Shown one piece after another: positions 37,673 through 52,953 of a stretch of 64,000 nt of DNA. The notes beneath the pieces were generated by a model. That model ran no database searches, was not told the origin of the DNA, and saw only the letters and a list, made by a program, of their open reading frames with translations. A program made the position numbers and the translations under genes. Location of the stretch: contig OZ059894.1 of assembly GCA_964057225.1 (NCBI GenBank), forward strand, positions 12,152,001-12,216,000. The letters run 5' to 3'. How positions within the stretch are numbered: the first letter of the stretch is position 1; each line of letters starts with the position of its first letter. The DNA is from Auanema rhodensis. Its lineage: Eukaryota > Animalia > Nematoda.

Positions 37673-38114
37673 ACAGCATAGCCATGAGTATCAAAGACAT
37701 CAAGCAAATGTATCGTACTTGTTACGAGTGCACTCTCTCATTTGAATATAAAAGTGTGGTTTGACAATCTTGACTGTACAGGTCATAAATGGCTCATATA
37801 AACTGTGGATTTACTCAACTTTTGGACTTATTTTTTTCTTATTCGAAGCGCTGCACTTTTTTCTATTCTTTTTATTCAAATACTTGTATATAGTTTTATA
37901 TGTACGGTTGCAAAGTTTCCGAATATTTTATATATTTTTATACAATAATTAGGAGAAGGTTAATACAATGAAATCTCCCAACTTTACAGTGTTTGTATTG
38001 CTTACAGTATCTAGAACAACCACTCTTGTAATATTAGAGCACATATCAATCAACAACTTTTTCTAGTTATCAAAGCTTTTTTATTTCTTCAAGATATTTC
38101 AAATAAAATATAAA

Positions 38115-38233
38115 AGCTTACGACACCCGGGATTCCCAAGCCGTCTCCGATCCAAGTACTAACCGGGCCCAACGTTGCTTGACTTGCCAGATCGGACGGG
38201 ATGGCGTACTTTCAACGTGGTATGGTCGTAAGC
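38115..38233 (-). rRNA. 5S: 5S rRNA
   Basis: Repeat copy. Confidence 0.96.
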
Positions 38234-38474
38234 AATGTTATATTCTTCATTATCAGTTATATCACTCTAAATCTTGTTGTTAATAGTTAGGACCACAAAG
38301 AAAACAACAGGAACAGTAACAAATGAAATGCCCAAACTTTACAGTGTTCGAGTTATTTACAGTATCTAAGACTACCTCTGTCGTGTTATTAGAGCAAACA
38401 TTCGATTAACAACAACTTTTTTTTAGTTATCAAAGCTTTTTTATTTCTTCAAAAAATTTCAAATAAAATATAAA

Positions 38475-38593
38475 AGCTTACGACACCCGGGATTCCCAAG
38501 CCGTCTCCGATCCAAGTACTAACCGGGCCCAACGTTGCTTGACTTGCCAGATCGGACGGGATGGCGTACTTTCAACGTGGTATGGTCGTAAGC
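38475..38593 (-). rRNA. 5S: 5S rRNA
   Basis: Repeat copy. Confidence 0.96.
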
Positions 38594-38735
38594 AATGTCA
38601 TATTCTTCATTATCAGTTATATCACTCTAAATCTTGTTGTTAATAGATACGACCACAAAGAAAACAACAGGAACAGTAACAATAACAAAAAAAATTTTTT
38701 TTTCACCTATGTGTCTAAAGGTTAGCCATGTATCC

Positions 38736-38791
<56 letters not shown>

Positions 38792-39970
38792 ACAGTAAAA
38801 AGTCCAATCAAGAGAGAAATTTTTTCAACACATAGTTTTTTTTTTTTTAAATATCATTGTTTTTCCTCATAACTCGGTTTAAACTCGTTCTAACCCGTTG
38901 AAATACGTCTAGAAAGTCTTTATAACATGCATATGTATGATAGAACTTCATATTTATTGTAATAGAAAATTTTATTTTCAGACGTCTTGGTTAACAATGA
39001 TATGTTTTACCCCCTTATAATTTTTATCATAATGTTCCTTATACGGAACGCTCAATGAAACTTGCTTCCAGAAAAATTTCTTTCTATTTTTTCTTCATAT
39101 GTACGTAGATACTATAGAGAACTATGATAGAAAACTTTAACATTCACGAAATCATCATTTCTCATTACGCTACGGAGGTTTAAAAAGCTGTGTTTTACCT
39201 TATAATAGACCGGAAAACCCTTGTGTTAAAACTGGACCGTTTTTACACATATAAAAATGTCCCGTATTCGGGACCCTAATGTAACTTTTGATTCCCTATA
39301 TTTTTTTTCATGAAATTTACAATCTACTGTAGAAAGAAGAATTATTTTTATAAAAACTGTAAATTTTTGAAAAATGAAAACAAAACGAAAACAAAAACAA
39401 CTTTTTTTTGAACATTTTCTCACACAAGGGTCCCCCCTTACCTACTTTTTTTCTCATTACTCGTTTCAACCTCATCCGATCACTCTGCAAACATGTTTAA
39501 TCGTTCTAACTTGTTGAAATACGTCTTAAAAGTCTAAACAACATGCATATGCATAATAGAAACCACCCGAATAGGCCCCCACGCACTAAACGAGATATAT
39601 ACATTACCAGTATAGTAATAGAACACATATTGAAGATTAATTCGATAAGAACAATTTATTGACGTAGAGAATGTTTGTTCCGAAAAACTACAATATTAAA
39701 CTATAAAAGTAACAAAAGCGTAGAGGCAGCAAAGACATGAATAAACATAAATGTAAATACAGAATTACCAGGTAGTACATAAGTATGACAAAAAATTATA
39801 AGAAAGCCATGAAAATAGAAGGTTTGTGAACAAATGAGAGGTACATCTTTGATCGTATAGTCATTTCTAAACCGTTCGTATGCTGCAGCATCGTCATAAG
39901 CGTCACTCAAGTTGAATTTCCATGTGTACTACACGATTTTCATTCTTATTGTTACATTCTTTCCCTGAGG

Positions 39971-40157
39971 GAATGGGCCGTTCCCGCCAGCAGTGCAAGA
40001 GCGGGTCGACCCGTGAGGTGGAGCTAGCAAGCCAGCATCTACCTCAAGTCTCAAAAATCGGTTAACCTTATTGTGAACCAATGGAACACATATCGAAGGT
40101 TAATTCGATAAGAACGATTACTACACTTTGATCTTAGCCAAAAGGCCGAGAAGCGAT
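39971..40157 (-). ncRNA. U2: U2 snRNA
   Basis: Repeat copy. Confidence 0.95.
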
Positions 40158-40599
40158 ATAGCATAGCCATGAGTATCAAAGACATCAAGCAAATGTATCG
40201 TACTTGTTACGAGTGCACTCTCTCATTTGAATATAAAAGTGTGGTTTGACAATCTTGACTGTACAGGTCATAAATGGCTCATATAAACTGTGGATTTACT
40301 CAACTTTTGGACTTATTTTTTTCTTATTCGAAGCGCTGCACTTTTTTCTATTCTTTTTATTCAAATACTTGTATATAGTTTTATATGTACGGTTGCAAAG
40401 TTTCCGAATATTTTATATATTTTTATACAATAATTAGGAGAAGGTTAATACAATGAAATCTCCCAACTTTACAGTGTTTGTATTGCTTACAGTATCTAGA
40501 ACAACCACTCTTGTAATATTAGAGCACATATCAATCAACAATTTTTTCTAGTTATCAAAGCTTTTTTATTTCTTCAAGATATTTCAAATAAAATATAAA

Positions 40600-40718
40600 A
40601 GCTTACGACACCCGGGATTCCCAAGCCGTCTCCGATCCAAGTACTAACCGGGCCCAACGTTGCTTGACTTGCCAGATCGGACGGGATGGCGTACTTTCAA
40701 CGTGGTATGGTCGTAAGC
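40600..40718 (-). rRNA. 5S: 5S rRNA
   Basis: Repeat copy. Confidence 0.96.
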
Positions 40719-40959
40719 AATGTTATATTCTTCATTATCAGTTATATCACTCTAAATCTTGTTGTTAATAGTTAGGACCACAAAGAAAACAACAGGAACA
40801 GTAACAAATGAAATGCCCAAACTTTACAGTGTTCGAGTTATTTACAGTATCTAAGACTACCTCTGTCGTGTTATTAGAGCAAACATTCGATTAACAACAA
40901 CTTTTTTTTAGTTATCAAAGCTTTTTTATTTCTTCAAAAAATTTCAAATAAAATATAAA

Positions 40960-41078
40960 AGCTTACGACACCCGGGATTCCCAAGCCGTCTCCGATCCAA
41001 GTACTAACCGGGCCCAACGTTGCTTGACTTGCCAGATCGGACGGGATGGCGTACTTTCAACGTGGTATGGTCGTAAGC
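40960..41078 (-). rRNA. 5S: 5S rRNA
   Basis: Repeat copy. Confidence 0.96.
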
Positions 41079-41220
41079 AATGTCATATTCTTCATTATCA
41101 GTTATATCACTCTAAATCTTGTTGTTAATAGATACGACCACAAAGAAAACAACAGGAACAGTAACAATAACAAAAAAAATTTTTTTTTCACCTATGTGTC
41201 TAAAGGTTAGCCATGTATCC

Positions 41221-41268
<48 letters not shown>

Positions 41269-42447
41269 ACAGTAAAAAGTCCAATCAAGAGAGAAATTTT
41301 TTCAACACATAGTTGTTTTTTTTTTAAATATCATTGTTTTTCCTCATAACTCGGTTTAAACTCGTTCTAACCCGTTGAAATACGTCTAGAAAGTCTTTAT
41401 AACATGCATATGTATGATAGAACTTCATATTTATTGTAATAGAAAATTTTATTTTCAGACGTCTTGGTTAACAATGATATGTTTTACCCCCTTATAATTT
41501 TTATCATAATGTTCCTTATACGGAACGCTCAATGAAACTTGCTTCCAGAAAAATTTCTTTCTATTTTTTCTTCATATGTACGTAGATACTATAGAGAACT
41601 ATGATAGAAAACTTTAACATTCACGAAATCATCATTTCTCATTACGCTACGGAGGTTTAAAAAGCTGTGTTTTACCTTATAATAGACCGGAAAACCCTTG
41701 TGTTAAAACTGGACCGTTTTTACACATATAAAAATGTCCCGTATTCGGGACCCTAATGTAACTTTTGATTCCCTATATTTTTTTTCATGAAATTTACAAT
41801 CTACTGTAGAAAGAAGAATTATTTTTATAAAAACTGTAAATTTTTGAAAAATGAAAACAAAACGAAAACAAAAACAACTTTTTTTTGAACATTTTCTCAC
41901 ACAAGGGTCCCCCCTTACCTACTTTTTTTCTCATTACTCGTTTCAACCTCATCCGATCACTCTGCAAACATGTTTAATCGTTCTAACTTGTTGAAATACG
42001 TCTTAAAAGTCTAAACAACATGCATATGCATAATAGAAACCACCCGAATAGGCCCCCACGCACTAAACGAGATATATACATTACCAGTATAGTAATAGAA
42101 CACATATTGAAGATTAATTCGATAAGAACAATTTATTGACGTAGAGAATGTTTGTTCCGAAAAACTACAATATTAAACTATAAAAGTAACAAAAGCGTAG
42201 AGGCAGCAAAGACATGAATAAACATAAATGTAAATACAGAATTACCAGGTAGTACATAAGTATGACAAAAAATTATAAGAAAGCCATGAAAATAGAAGGT
42301 TTGTGAACAAATGAGAGGTACATCTTTGATCGTATAGTCATTTCTAAACCGTTCGTATGCTGCAGCATCGTCATAAGCGTCACTCAAGTTGAATTTCCAT
42401 GTGTACTACACGATTTTCATTCTTATTGTTACATTCTTTCCCTGAGG

Positions 42448-42634
42448 GAATGGGCCGTTCCCGCCAGCAGTGCAAGAGCGGGTCGACCCGTGAGGTGGAG
42501 CTAGCAAGCCAGCATCTACCTCAAGTCTCAAAAATCGGTTAACCTTATTGTGAACCAATGGAACACATATCGAAGGTTAATTCGATAAGAACGATTACTA
42601 CACTTTGATCTTAGCCAAAAGGCCGAGAAGCGAT
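42448..42634 (-). ncRNA. U2: U2 snRNA
   Basis: Repeat copy. Confidence 0.95.
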
Positions 42635-43076
42635 ATAGCATAGCCATGAGTATCAAAGACATCAAGCAAATGTATCGTACTTGTTACGAGTGCACTCTCT
42701 CATTTGAATATAAAAGTGTGGTTTGACAATCTTGACTGTACAGGTCATAAATGGCTCATATAAACTGTGGATTTACTCAACTTTTGGACTTATTTTTTTC
42801 TTATTCGAAGCGCTGCACTTTTTTCTATTCTTTTTATTCAAATACTTGTATATAGTTTTATATGTACGGTTGCAAAGTTTCCGAATATTTTATATATTTT
42901 TATACAATAATTAGGAGAAGGTTAATACAATGAAATCTCCCAACTTTACAGTGTTTGTATTGCTTACAGTATCTAGAACAACCACTCTTGTAATATTAGA
43001 GCACATATCAATCAACAATTTTTTCTAGTTATCAAAGCTTTTTTATTTCTTCAAGATATTTCAAATAAAATATAAA

Positions 43077-43195
43077 AGCTTACGACACCCGGGATTCCCA
43101 AGCCGTCTCCGATCCAAGTACTAACCGGGCCCAACGTTGCTTGACTTGCCAGATCGGACGGGATGGCGTACTTTCAACGTGGTATGGTCGTAAGC
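43077..43195 (-). rRNA. 5S: 5S rRNA
   Basis: Repeat copy. Confidence 0.96.
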
Positions 43196-43436
43196 AATGT
43201 TATATTCTTCATTATCAGTTATATCACTCTAAATCTTGTTGTTAATAGTTAGGACCACAAAGAAAACAACAGGAACAGTAACAAATGAAATGCCCAAACT
43301 TTACAGTGTTCGAGTTATTTACAGTATCTAAGACTACCTCTGTCGTGTTATTAGAGCAAACATTCGATTAACAACAACTTTTTTTTAGTTATCAAAGCTT
43401 TTTTATTTCTTCAAAAAATTTCAAATAAAATATAAA

Positions 43437-43555
43437 AGCTTACGACACCCGGGATTCCCAAGCCGTCTCCGATCCAAGTACTAACCGGGCCCAACGTTGC
43501 TTGACTTGCCAGATCGGACGGGATGGCGTACTTTCAACGTGGTATGGTCGTAAGC
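43437..43555 (-). rRNA. 5S: 5S rRNA
   Basis: Repeat copy. Confidence 0.96.
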
Positions 43556-43697
43556 AATGTCATATTCTTCATTATCAGTTATATCACTCTAAATCTTGTT
43601 GTTAATAGATACGACCACAAAGAAAACAACAGGAACAGTAACAATAACAAAAAAAATTTTTTTTTCACCTATGTGTCTAAAGGTTAGCCATGTATCC

Positions 43698-43743
<46 letters not shown>

Positions 43744-44921
43744 ACAGTAAAAAGTCCAATCAAGAGAGAAATTTTTTCAACACATAGTTGTTTTTTTTTA
43801 AATATCATTGTTTTTCCTCATAACTCGGTTTAAACTCGTTCTAACCCGTTGAAATACGTCTAGAAAGTCTTTATAACATGCATATGTATGATAGAACTTC
43901 ATATTTATTGTAATAGAAAATTTTATTTTCAGACGTCTTGGTTAACAATGATATGTTTTACCCCCTTATAATTTTTATCATAATGTTCCTTATACGGAAC
44001 GCTCAATGAAACTTGCTTCCAGAAAAATTTCTTTCTATTTTTTCTTCATATGTACGTAGATACTATAGAGAACTATGATAGAAAACTTTAACATTCACGA
44101 AATCATCATTTCTCATTACGCTACGGAGGTTTAAAAAGCTGTGTTTTACCTTATAATAGACCGGAAAACCCTTGTGTTAAAACTGGACCGTTGTTACACA
44201 TATAAAAATGTCCCGTATTCGGGACCCTAATGTAACTTTTGATTCCCTATATTTTTTTTCATGAAATTTACAATCTACTGTAGAAAGAAGAATTATTTTT
44301 ATAAAAACTGTAAATTTTTGAAAAATGAAAACAAAACGAAAACAAAAACAACTTTTTTTTGAACATTTTCTCACACAAGGGTCCCCCCTTACCTACTTTT
44401 TTTCTCATTACTCGTTTCAACCTCATCCGATCACTCTGCAAACATGTTTAATCGTTCTAACTTGTTGAAATACGTCTTAAAAGTCTAAACAACATGCATA
44501 TGCATAATAGAAACCACCCGAATAGGCCCCCACGCACTAAACGAGATATATACATTACCAGTATAGTAATAGAACACATATTGAAGATTAATTCGATAAG
44601 AACAATTTATTGACGTAGAGAATGTTTGTTCCGAAAAACTACAATATTAAACTATAAAAGTAACAAAAGCGTAGAGGCAGCAAAGACATGAATAAACATA
44701 AATGTAAATACAGAATTACCAGGTAGTACATAAGTATGACAAAAAATTATAAGAAAGCCATGAAAATAGAAGGTTTGTGAACAAATGAGAGGTACATCTT
44801 TGATCGTATAGTCATTTCTAAACCGTTCGTATGCTGCAGCATCGTCATAAGCGTCACTCAAGTTGAATTTCCATGTGTACTACACGATTTTCATTCTTAT
44901 TGTTACATTCTTTCCCTGAGG

Positions 44922-45108
44922 GAATGGGCCGTTCCCGCCAGCAGTGCAAGAGCGGGTCGACCCGTGAGGTGGAGCTAGCAAGCCAGCATCTACCTCAAGT
45001 CTCAAAAATCGGTTAACCTTATTGTGAACCAATGGAACACATATCGAAGGTTAATTCGATAAGAACGATTACTACACTTTGATCTTAGCCAAAAGGCCGA
45101 GAAGCGAT
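44922..45108 (-). ncRNA. U2: U2 snRNA
   Basis: Repeat copy. Confidence 0.95.
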
Positions 45109-45550
45109 ACAGCATAGCCATGAGTATCAAAGACATCAAGCAAATGTATCGTACTTGTTACGAGTGCACTCTCTCATTTGAATATAAAAGTGTGGTTTGA
45201 CAATCTTGACTGTACAGGTCATAAATGGCTCATATAAACTGTGGATTTACTCAACTTTTGGACTTATTTTTTTCTTATTCGAAGCGCTGCACTTTTTTCT
45301 ATTCTTTTTATTCAAATACTTGTATATAGTTTTATATGTACGGTTGCAAAGTTTCCGAATATTTTATATATTTTTATACAATAATTAGGAGAAGGTTAAT
45401 ACAATGAAATCTCCCAACTTTACAGTGTTTGTATTGCTTACAGTATCTAGAACAACCACTCTTGTAATATTAGAGCACATATCAATCAACAACTTTTTCT
45501 AGTTATCAAAGCTTTTTTATTTCTTCAAGATATTTCAAATAAAATATAAA

Positions 45551-45669
45551 AGCTTACGACACCCGGGATTCCCAAGCCGTCTCCGATCCAAGTACTAACC
45601 GGGCCCAACGTTGCTTGACTTGCCAGATCGGACGGGATGGCGTACTTTCAACGTGGTATGGTCGTAAGC
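45551..45669 (-). rRNA. 5S: 5S rRNA
   Basis: Repeat copy. Confidence 0.96.
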
Positions 45670-45910
45670 AATGTTATATTCTTCATTATCAGTTATATCA
45701 CTCTAAATCTTGTTGTTAATAGTTAGGACCACAAAGAAAACAACAGGAACAGTAACAAATGAAATGCCCAAACTTTACAGTGTTCGAGTTATTTACAGTA
45801 TCTAAGACTACCTCTGTCGTGTTATTAGAGCAAACATTCGATTAACAACAACTTTTTTTTAGTTATCAAAGCTTTTTTATTTCTTCAAAAAATTTCAAAT
45901 AAAATATAAA

Positions 45911-46029
45911 AGCTTACGACACCCGGGATTCCCAAGCCGTCTCCGATCCAAGTACTAACCGGGCCCAACGTTGCTTGACTTGCCAGATCGGACGGGATGG
46001 CGTACTTTCAACGTGGTATGGTCGTAAGC
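45911..46029 (-). rRNA. 5S: 5S rRNA
   Basis: Repeat copy. Confidence 0.96.
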
Positions 46030-47366
46030 AATGTCATATTCTTCATTATCAGTTATATCACTCTAAATCTTGTTGTTAATAGATACGACCACAAAGAAAA
46101 CAACAGGAACAGTAACAATAACAAAAAAAATTTTTTTTTCACCTATGTGTCTAAAGGTTAGCCATGTATCCGTTTATATATATATCAACAGTAAAAAGTC
46201 CAATCAAGAGAGAAATTTTTTCAACACATAGTTTTTTTTTTTTTAAATATCATTGTTTTTCCTCATAACTCGGTTTAAACTCGTTCTAACCCGTTGAAAT
46301 ACGTCTAGAAAGTCTTTATAACATGCATATGTATGATAGAACTTCATATTTATTGTAATAGAAAATTTTATTTTCAGACGTCTTGGTTAACAATGATATG
46401 TTTTACCCCCTTATAATTTTTATCATAATGTTCCTTATACGGAACGCTCAATGAAACTTGCTTCCAGAAAAATTTCTTTCTATTTTTTCTTCATATGTAC
46501 GTAGATACTATAGAGAACTATGATAGAAAACTTTAACATTCACGAAATCATCATTTCTCATTACGCTACGGAGGTTTAAAAAGCTGTGTTTTACCTTATA
46601 ATAGACCGGAAAACCCTTGTGTTAAAACTGGACCGTTTTTACACATATAAAAATGTCCCGTATTCGGGACCCTAATGTAACTTTTGATTCCCTATATTTT
46701 TTTTCATGAAATTTACAATCTACTGTAGAAAGAAGAATTATTTTTATAAAAACTGTAAATTTTTGAAAAATGAAAACAAAACGAAAACAAAAACAACTTT
46801 TTTTTGAACATTTTCTCACACAAGGGTCCCCCCTTACCTACTTTTTTTCTCATTACTCGTTTCAACCTCATCCGATCACTCTGCAAACATGTTTAATCGT
46901 TCTAACTTGTTGAAATACGTCTTAAAAGTCTAAACAACATGCATATGCATAATAGAAACCACCCGAATAGGCCCCCACGCACTAAACGAGATATATACAT
47001 TACCAGTATAGTAATAGAACACATATTGAAGATTAATTCGATAAGAACAATTTATTGACGTAGAGAATGTTTGTTCCGAAAAACTACAATATTAAACTAT
47101 AAAAATAACAAAAGCGTAGAGGCAGCAAAGACATGAATAAACATAAATGTAAATACAGAATTACCAGGTAGTACATAAGTATGACAAAAAATTATAAGAA
47201 AGCCATGAAAATAGAAGGTTTGTGAACAAATGAGAGGTACATCTTTGATCGTATAGTCATTTCTAAACCGTTCGTATGCTGCAGCATCGTCATAAGCGTC
47301 ACTCAAGTTGAATTTCCATGTGTACTACACGATTTTCATTCTTATTGTTACATTCTTTCCCTGAGG

Positions 47367-47553
47367 GAATGGGCCGTTCCCGCCAGCAGTGCAAGAGCGG
47401 GTCGACCCGTGAGGTGGAGCTAGCAAGCCAGCATCTACCTCAAGTCTCAAAAATCGGTTAACCTTATTGTGAACCAATGGAACACATATCGAAGGTTAAT
47501 TCGATAAGAACGATTACTACACTTTGATCTTAGCCAAAAGGCCGAGAAGCGAT
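47367..47553 (-). ncRNA. U2: U2 snRNA
   Basis: Repeat copy. Confidence 0.95.
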
Positions 47554-47995
47554 ATAGCATAGCCATGAGTATCAAAGACATCAAGCAAATGTATCGTACT
47601 TGTTACGAGTGCACTCTCTCATTTGAATATAAAAGTGTGGTTTGACAATCTTGACTGTACAGGTCATAAATGGCTCATATAAACTGTGGATTTACTCAAC
47701 TTTTGGACTTATTTTTTTCTTATTCGAAGCGCTGCACTTTTTTCTATTCTTTTTATTCAAATACTTGTATATAGTTTTATATGTACGGTTGCAAAGTTTC
47801 CGAATATTTTATATATTTTTATACAATAATTAGGAGAAGGTTAATACAATGAAATCTCCCAACTTTACAGTGTTTGTATTGCTTACAGTATCTAGAACAA
47901 CCACTCTTGTAATATTAGAGCACATATCAATCAACAATTTTTTCTAGTTATCAAAGCTTTTTTATTTCTTCAAGATATTTCAAATAAAATATAAA

Positions 47996-48114
47996 AGCTT
48001 ACGACACCCGGGATTCCCAAGCCGTCTCCGATCCAAGTACTAACCGGGCCCAACGTTGCTTGACTTGCCAGATCGGACGGGATGGCGTACTTTCAACGTG
48101 GTATGGTCGTAAGC
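47996..48114 (-). rRNA. 5S: 5S rRNA
   Basis: Repeat copy. Confidence 0.96.
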
Positions 48115-48355
48115 AATGTTATATTCTTCATTATCAGTTATATCACTCTAAATCTTGTTGTTAATAGTTAGGACCACAAAGAAAACAACAGGAACAGTAA
48201 CAAATGAAATGCCCAAACTTTACAGTGTTCGAGTTATTTACAGTATCTAAGACTACCTCTGTCGTGTTATTAGAGCAAACATTCGATTAACAACAACTTT
48301 TTTTTAGTTATCAAAGCTTTTTTATTTCTTCAAAAAATTTCAAATAAAATATAAA

Positions 48356-48474
48356 AGCTTACGACACCCGGGATTCCCAAGCCGTCTCCGATCCAAGTAC
48401 TAACCGGGCCCAACGTTGCTTGACTTGCCAGATCGGACGGGATGGCGTACTTTCAACGTGGTATGGTCGTAAGC
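48356..48474 (-). rRNA. 5S: 5S rRNA
   Basis: Repeat copy. Confidence 0.96.
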
Positions 48475-48616
48475 AATGTCATATTCTTCATTATCAGTTA
48501 TATCACTCTAAATCTTGTTGTTAATAGATACGACCACAAAGAAAACAACAGGAACAGTAACAATAACAAAAAAAATTTTTTTTTCACCTATGTGTCTAAA
48601 GGTTAGCCATGTATCC

Positions 48617-48666
<50 letters not shown>

Positions 48667-49845
48667 ACAGTAAAAAGTCCAATCAAGAGAGAAATTTTTT
48701 CAACACATAGTTGTTTTTTTTTTAAATATCATTGTTTTTCCTCATAACTCGGTTTAAACTCGTTCTAACCCGTTGAAATACGTCTAGAAAGTCTTTATAA
48801 CATGCATATGTATGATAGAACTTCATATTTATTGTAATAGAAAATTTTATTTTCAGACGTCTTGGTTAACAATGATATGTTTTACCCCCTTATAATTTTT
48901 ATCATAATGTTCCTTATACGGAACGCTCAATGAAACTTGCTTCCAGAAAAATTTCTTTCTATTTTTTCTTCATATGTACGTAGATACTATAGAGAACTAT
49001 GATAGAAAACTTTAACATTCACGAAATCATCATTTCTCATTACGCTACGGAGGTTTAAAAAGCTGTGTTTTACCTTATAATAGACCGGAAAACCCTTGTG
49101 TTAAAACTGGACCGTTTTTACACATATAAAAATGTCCCGTATTCGGGACCCTAATGTAACTTTTGATTCCCTATATTTTTTTTCATGAAATTTACAATCT
49201 ACTGTAGAAAGAAGAATTATTTTTATAAAAACTGTAAATTTTTGAAAAATGAAAACAAAACGAAAACAAAAACAACTTTTTTTTGAACATTTTCTCACAC
49301 AAGGGTCCCCCCTTACCTACTTTTTTTCTCATTACTCGTTTCAACCTCATCCGATCACTCTGCAAACATGTTTAATCGTTCTAACTTGTTGAAATACGTC
49401 TTAAAAGTCTAAACAACATGCATATGCATAATAGAAACCACCCGAATAGGCCCCCACGCACTAAACGAGATATATACATTACCAGTATAGTAATAGAACA
49501 CATATTGAAGATTAATTCGATAAGAACAATTTATTGACGTAGAGAATGTTTGTTCCGAAAAACTACAATATTAAACTATAAAAGTAACAAAAGCGTAGAG
49601 GCAGCAAAGACATGAATAAACATAAATGTAAATACAGAATTACCAGGTAGTACATAAGTATGACAAAAAATTATAAGAAAGCCATGAAAATAGAAGGTTT
49701 GTGAACAAATGAGAGGTACATCTTTGATCGTATAGTCATTTCTAAACCGTTCGTATGCTGCAGCATCGTCATAAGCGTCACTCAAGTTGAATTTCCATGT
49801 GTACTACACGATTTTCATTCTTATTGTTACATTCTTTCCCTGAGG

Positions 49846-50032
49846 GAATGGGCCGTTCCCGCCAGCAGTGCAAGAGCGGGTCGACCCGTGAGGTGGAGCT
49901 AGCAAGCCAGCATCTACCTCAAGTCTCAAAAATCGGTTAACCTTATTGTGAACCAATGGAACACATATCGAAGGTTAATTCGATAAGAACGATTACTACA
50001 CTTTGATCTTAGCCAAAAGGCCGAGAAGCGAT
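49846..50032 (-). ncRNA. U2: U2 snRNA
   Basis: Repeat copy. Confidence 0.95.
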
Positions 50033-50474
50033 ACAGCATAGCCATGAGTATCAAAGACATCAAGCAAATGTATCGTACTTGTTACGAGTGCACTCTCTCA
50101 TTTGAATATAAAAGTGTGGTTTGACAATCTTGACTGTACAGGTCATAAATGGCTCATATAAACTGTGGATTTACTCAACTTTTGGACTTATTTTTTTCTT
50201 ATTCGAAGCGCTGCACTTTTTTCTATTCTTTTTATTCAAATACTTGTATATAGTTTTATATGTACGGTTGCAAAGTTTCCGAATATTTTATATATTTTTA
50301 TACAATAATTAGGAGAAGGTTAATACAATGAAATCTCCCAACTTTACAGTGTTTGTATTGCTTACAGTATCTAGAACAACCACTCTTGTAATATTAGAGC
50401 ACATATCAATCAACAACTTTTTCTAGTTATCAAAGCTTTTTTATTTCTTCAAGATATTTCAAATAAAATATAAA

Positions 50475-50593
50475 AGCTTACGACACCCGGGATTCCCAAG
50501 CCGTCTCCGATCCAAGTACTAACCGGGCCCAACGTTGCTTGACTTGCCAGATCGGACGGGATGGCGTACTTTCAACGTGGTATGGTCGTAAGC
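50475..50593 (-). rRNA. 5S: 5S rRNA
   Basis: Repeat copy. Confidence 0.96.
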
Positions 50594-50834
50594 AATGTTA
50601 TATTCTTCATTATCAGTTATATCACTCTAAATCTTGTTGTTAATAGTTAGGACCACAAAGAAAACAACAGGAACAGTAACAAATGAAATGCCCAAACTTT
50701 ACAGTGTTCGAGTTATTTACAGTATCTAAGACTACCTCTGTCGTGTTATTAGAGCAAACATTCGATTAACAACAACTTTTTTTTAGTTATCAAAGCTTTT
50801 TTATTTCTTCAAAAAATTTCAAATAAAATATAAA

Positions 50835-50953
50835 AGCTTACGACACCCGGGATTCCCAAGCCGTCTCCGATCCAAGTACTAACCGGGCCCAACGTTGCTT
50901 GACTTGCCAGATCGGACGGGATGGCGTACTTTCAACGTGGTATGGTCGTAAGC
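50835..50953 (-). rRNA. 5S: 5S rRNA
   Basis: Repeat copy. Confidence 0.96.
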
Positions 50954-51095
50954 AATGTCATATTCTTCATTATCAGTTATATCACTCTAAATCTTGTTGT
51001 TAATAGATACGACCACAAAGAAAACAACAGGAACAGTAACAATAACAAAAAAAATTTTTTTTTCACCTATGTGTCTAAAGGTTAGCCATGTATCC

Positions 51096-51145
<50 letters not shown>

Positions 51146-52324
51146 ACAGTAAAAAGTCCAATCAAGAGAGAAATTTTTTCAACACATAGTTGTTTTTTTT
51201 TTAAATATCATTGTTTTTCCTCATAACTCGGTTTAAACTCGTTCTAACCCGTTGAAATACGTCTAGAAAGTCTTTATAACATGCATATGTATGATAGAAC
51301 TTCATATTTATTGTAATAGAAAATTTTATTTTCAGACGTCTTGGTTAACAATGATATGTTTTACCCCCTTATAATTTTTATCATAATGTTCCTTATACGG
51401 AACGCTCAATGAAACTTGCTTCCAGAAAAATTTCTTTCTATTTTTTCTTCATATGTACGTAGATACTATAGAGAACTATGATAGAAAACTTTAACATTCA
51501 CGAAATCATCATTTCTCATTACGCTACGGAGGTTTAAAAAGCTGTGTTTTACCTTATAATAGACCGGAAAACCCTTGTGTTAAAACTGGACCGTTTTTAC
51601 ACATATAAAAATGTCCCGTATTCGGGACCCTAATGTAACTTTTGATTCCCTATATTTTTTTTCATGAAATTTACAATCTACTGTAGAAAGAAGAATTATT
51701 TTTATAAAAACTGTAAATTTTTGAAAAATGAAAACAAAACGAAAACAAAAACAACTTTTTTTTGAACATTTTCTCACACAAGGGTCCCCCCTTACCTACT
51801 TTTTTTCTCATTACTCGTTTCAACCTCATCCGATCACTCTGCAAACATGTTTAATCGTTCTAACTTGTTGAAATACGTCTTAAAAGTCTAAACAACATGC
51901 ATATGCATAATAGAAACCACCCGAATAGGCCCCCACGCACTAAACGAGATATATACATTACCAGTATAGTAATAGAACACATATTGAAGATTAATTCGAT
52001 AAGAACAATTTATTGACGTAGAGAATGTTTGTTCCGAAAAACTACAATATTAAACTATAAAAGTAACAAAAGCGTAGAGGCAGCAAAGACATGAATAAAC
52101 ATAAATGTAAATACAGAATTACCAGGTAGTACATAAGTATGACAAAAAATTATAAGAAAGCCATGAAAATAGAAGGTTTGTGAACAAATGAGAGGTACAT
52201 CTTTGATCGTATAGTCATTTCTAAACCGTTCGTATGCTGCAGCATCGTCATAAGCGTCACTCAAGTTGAATTTCCATGTGTACTACACGATTTTCATTCT
52301 TATTGTTACATTCTTTCCCTGAGG

Positions 52325-52511
52325 GAATGGGCCGTTCCCGCCAGCAGTGCAAGAGCGGGTCGACCCGTGAGGTGGAGCTAGCAAGCCAGCATCTACCTCA
52401 AGTCTCAAAAATCGGTTAACCTTATTGTGAACCAATGGAACACATATCGAAGGTTAATTCGATAAGAACGATTACTACACTTTGATCTTAGCCAAAAGGC
52501 CGAGAAGCGAT
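52325..52511 (-). ncRNA. U2: U2 snRNA
   Basis: Repeat copy. Confidence 0.95.
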
Positions 52512-52953
52512 ACAGCATAGCCATGAGTATCAAAGACATCAAGCAAATGTATCGTACTTGTTACGAGTGCACTCTCTCATTTGAATATAAAAGTGTGGTT
52601 TGACAATCTTGACTGTACAGGTCATAAATGGCTCATATAAACTGTGGATTTACTCAACTTTTGGACTTATTTTTTTCTTATTCGAAGCGCTGCACTTTTT
52701 TCTATTCTTTTTATTCAAATACTTGTATATAGTTTTATATGTACGGTTGCAAAGTTTCCGAATATTTTATATATTTTTATACAATAATTAGGAGAAGGTT
52801 AATACAATGAAATCTCCCAACTTTACAGTGTTTGTATTGCTTACAGTATCTAGAACAACCACTCTTGTAATATTAGAGCACATATCAATCAACAACTTTT
52901 TCTAGTTATCAAAGCTTTTTTATTTCTTCAAGATATTTCAAATAAAATATAAA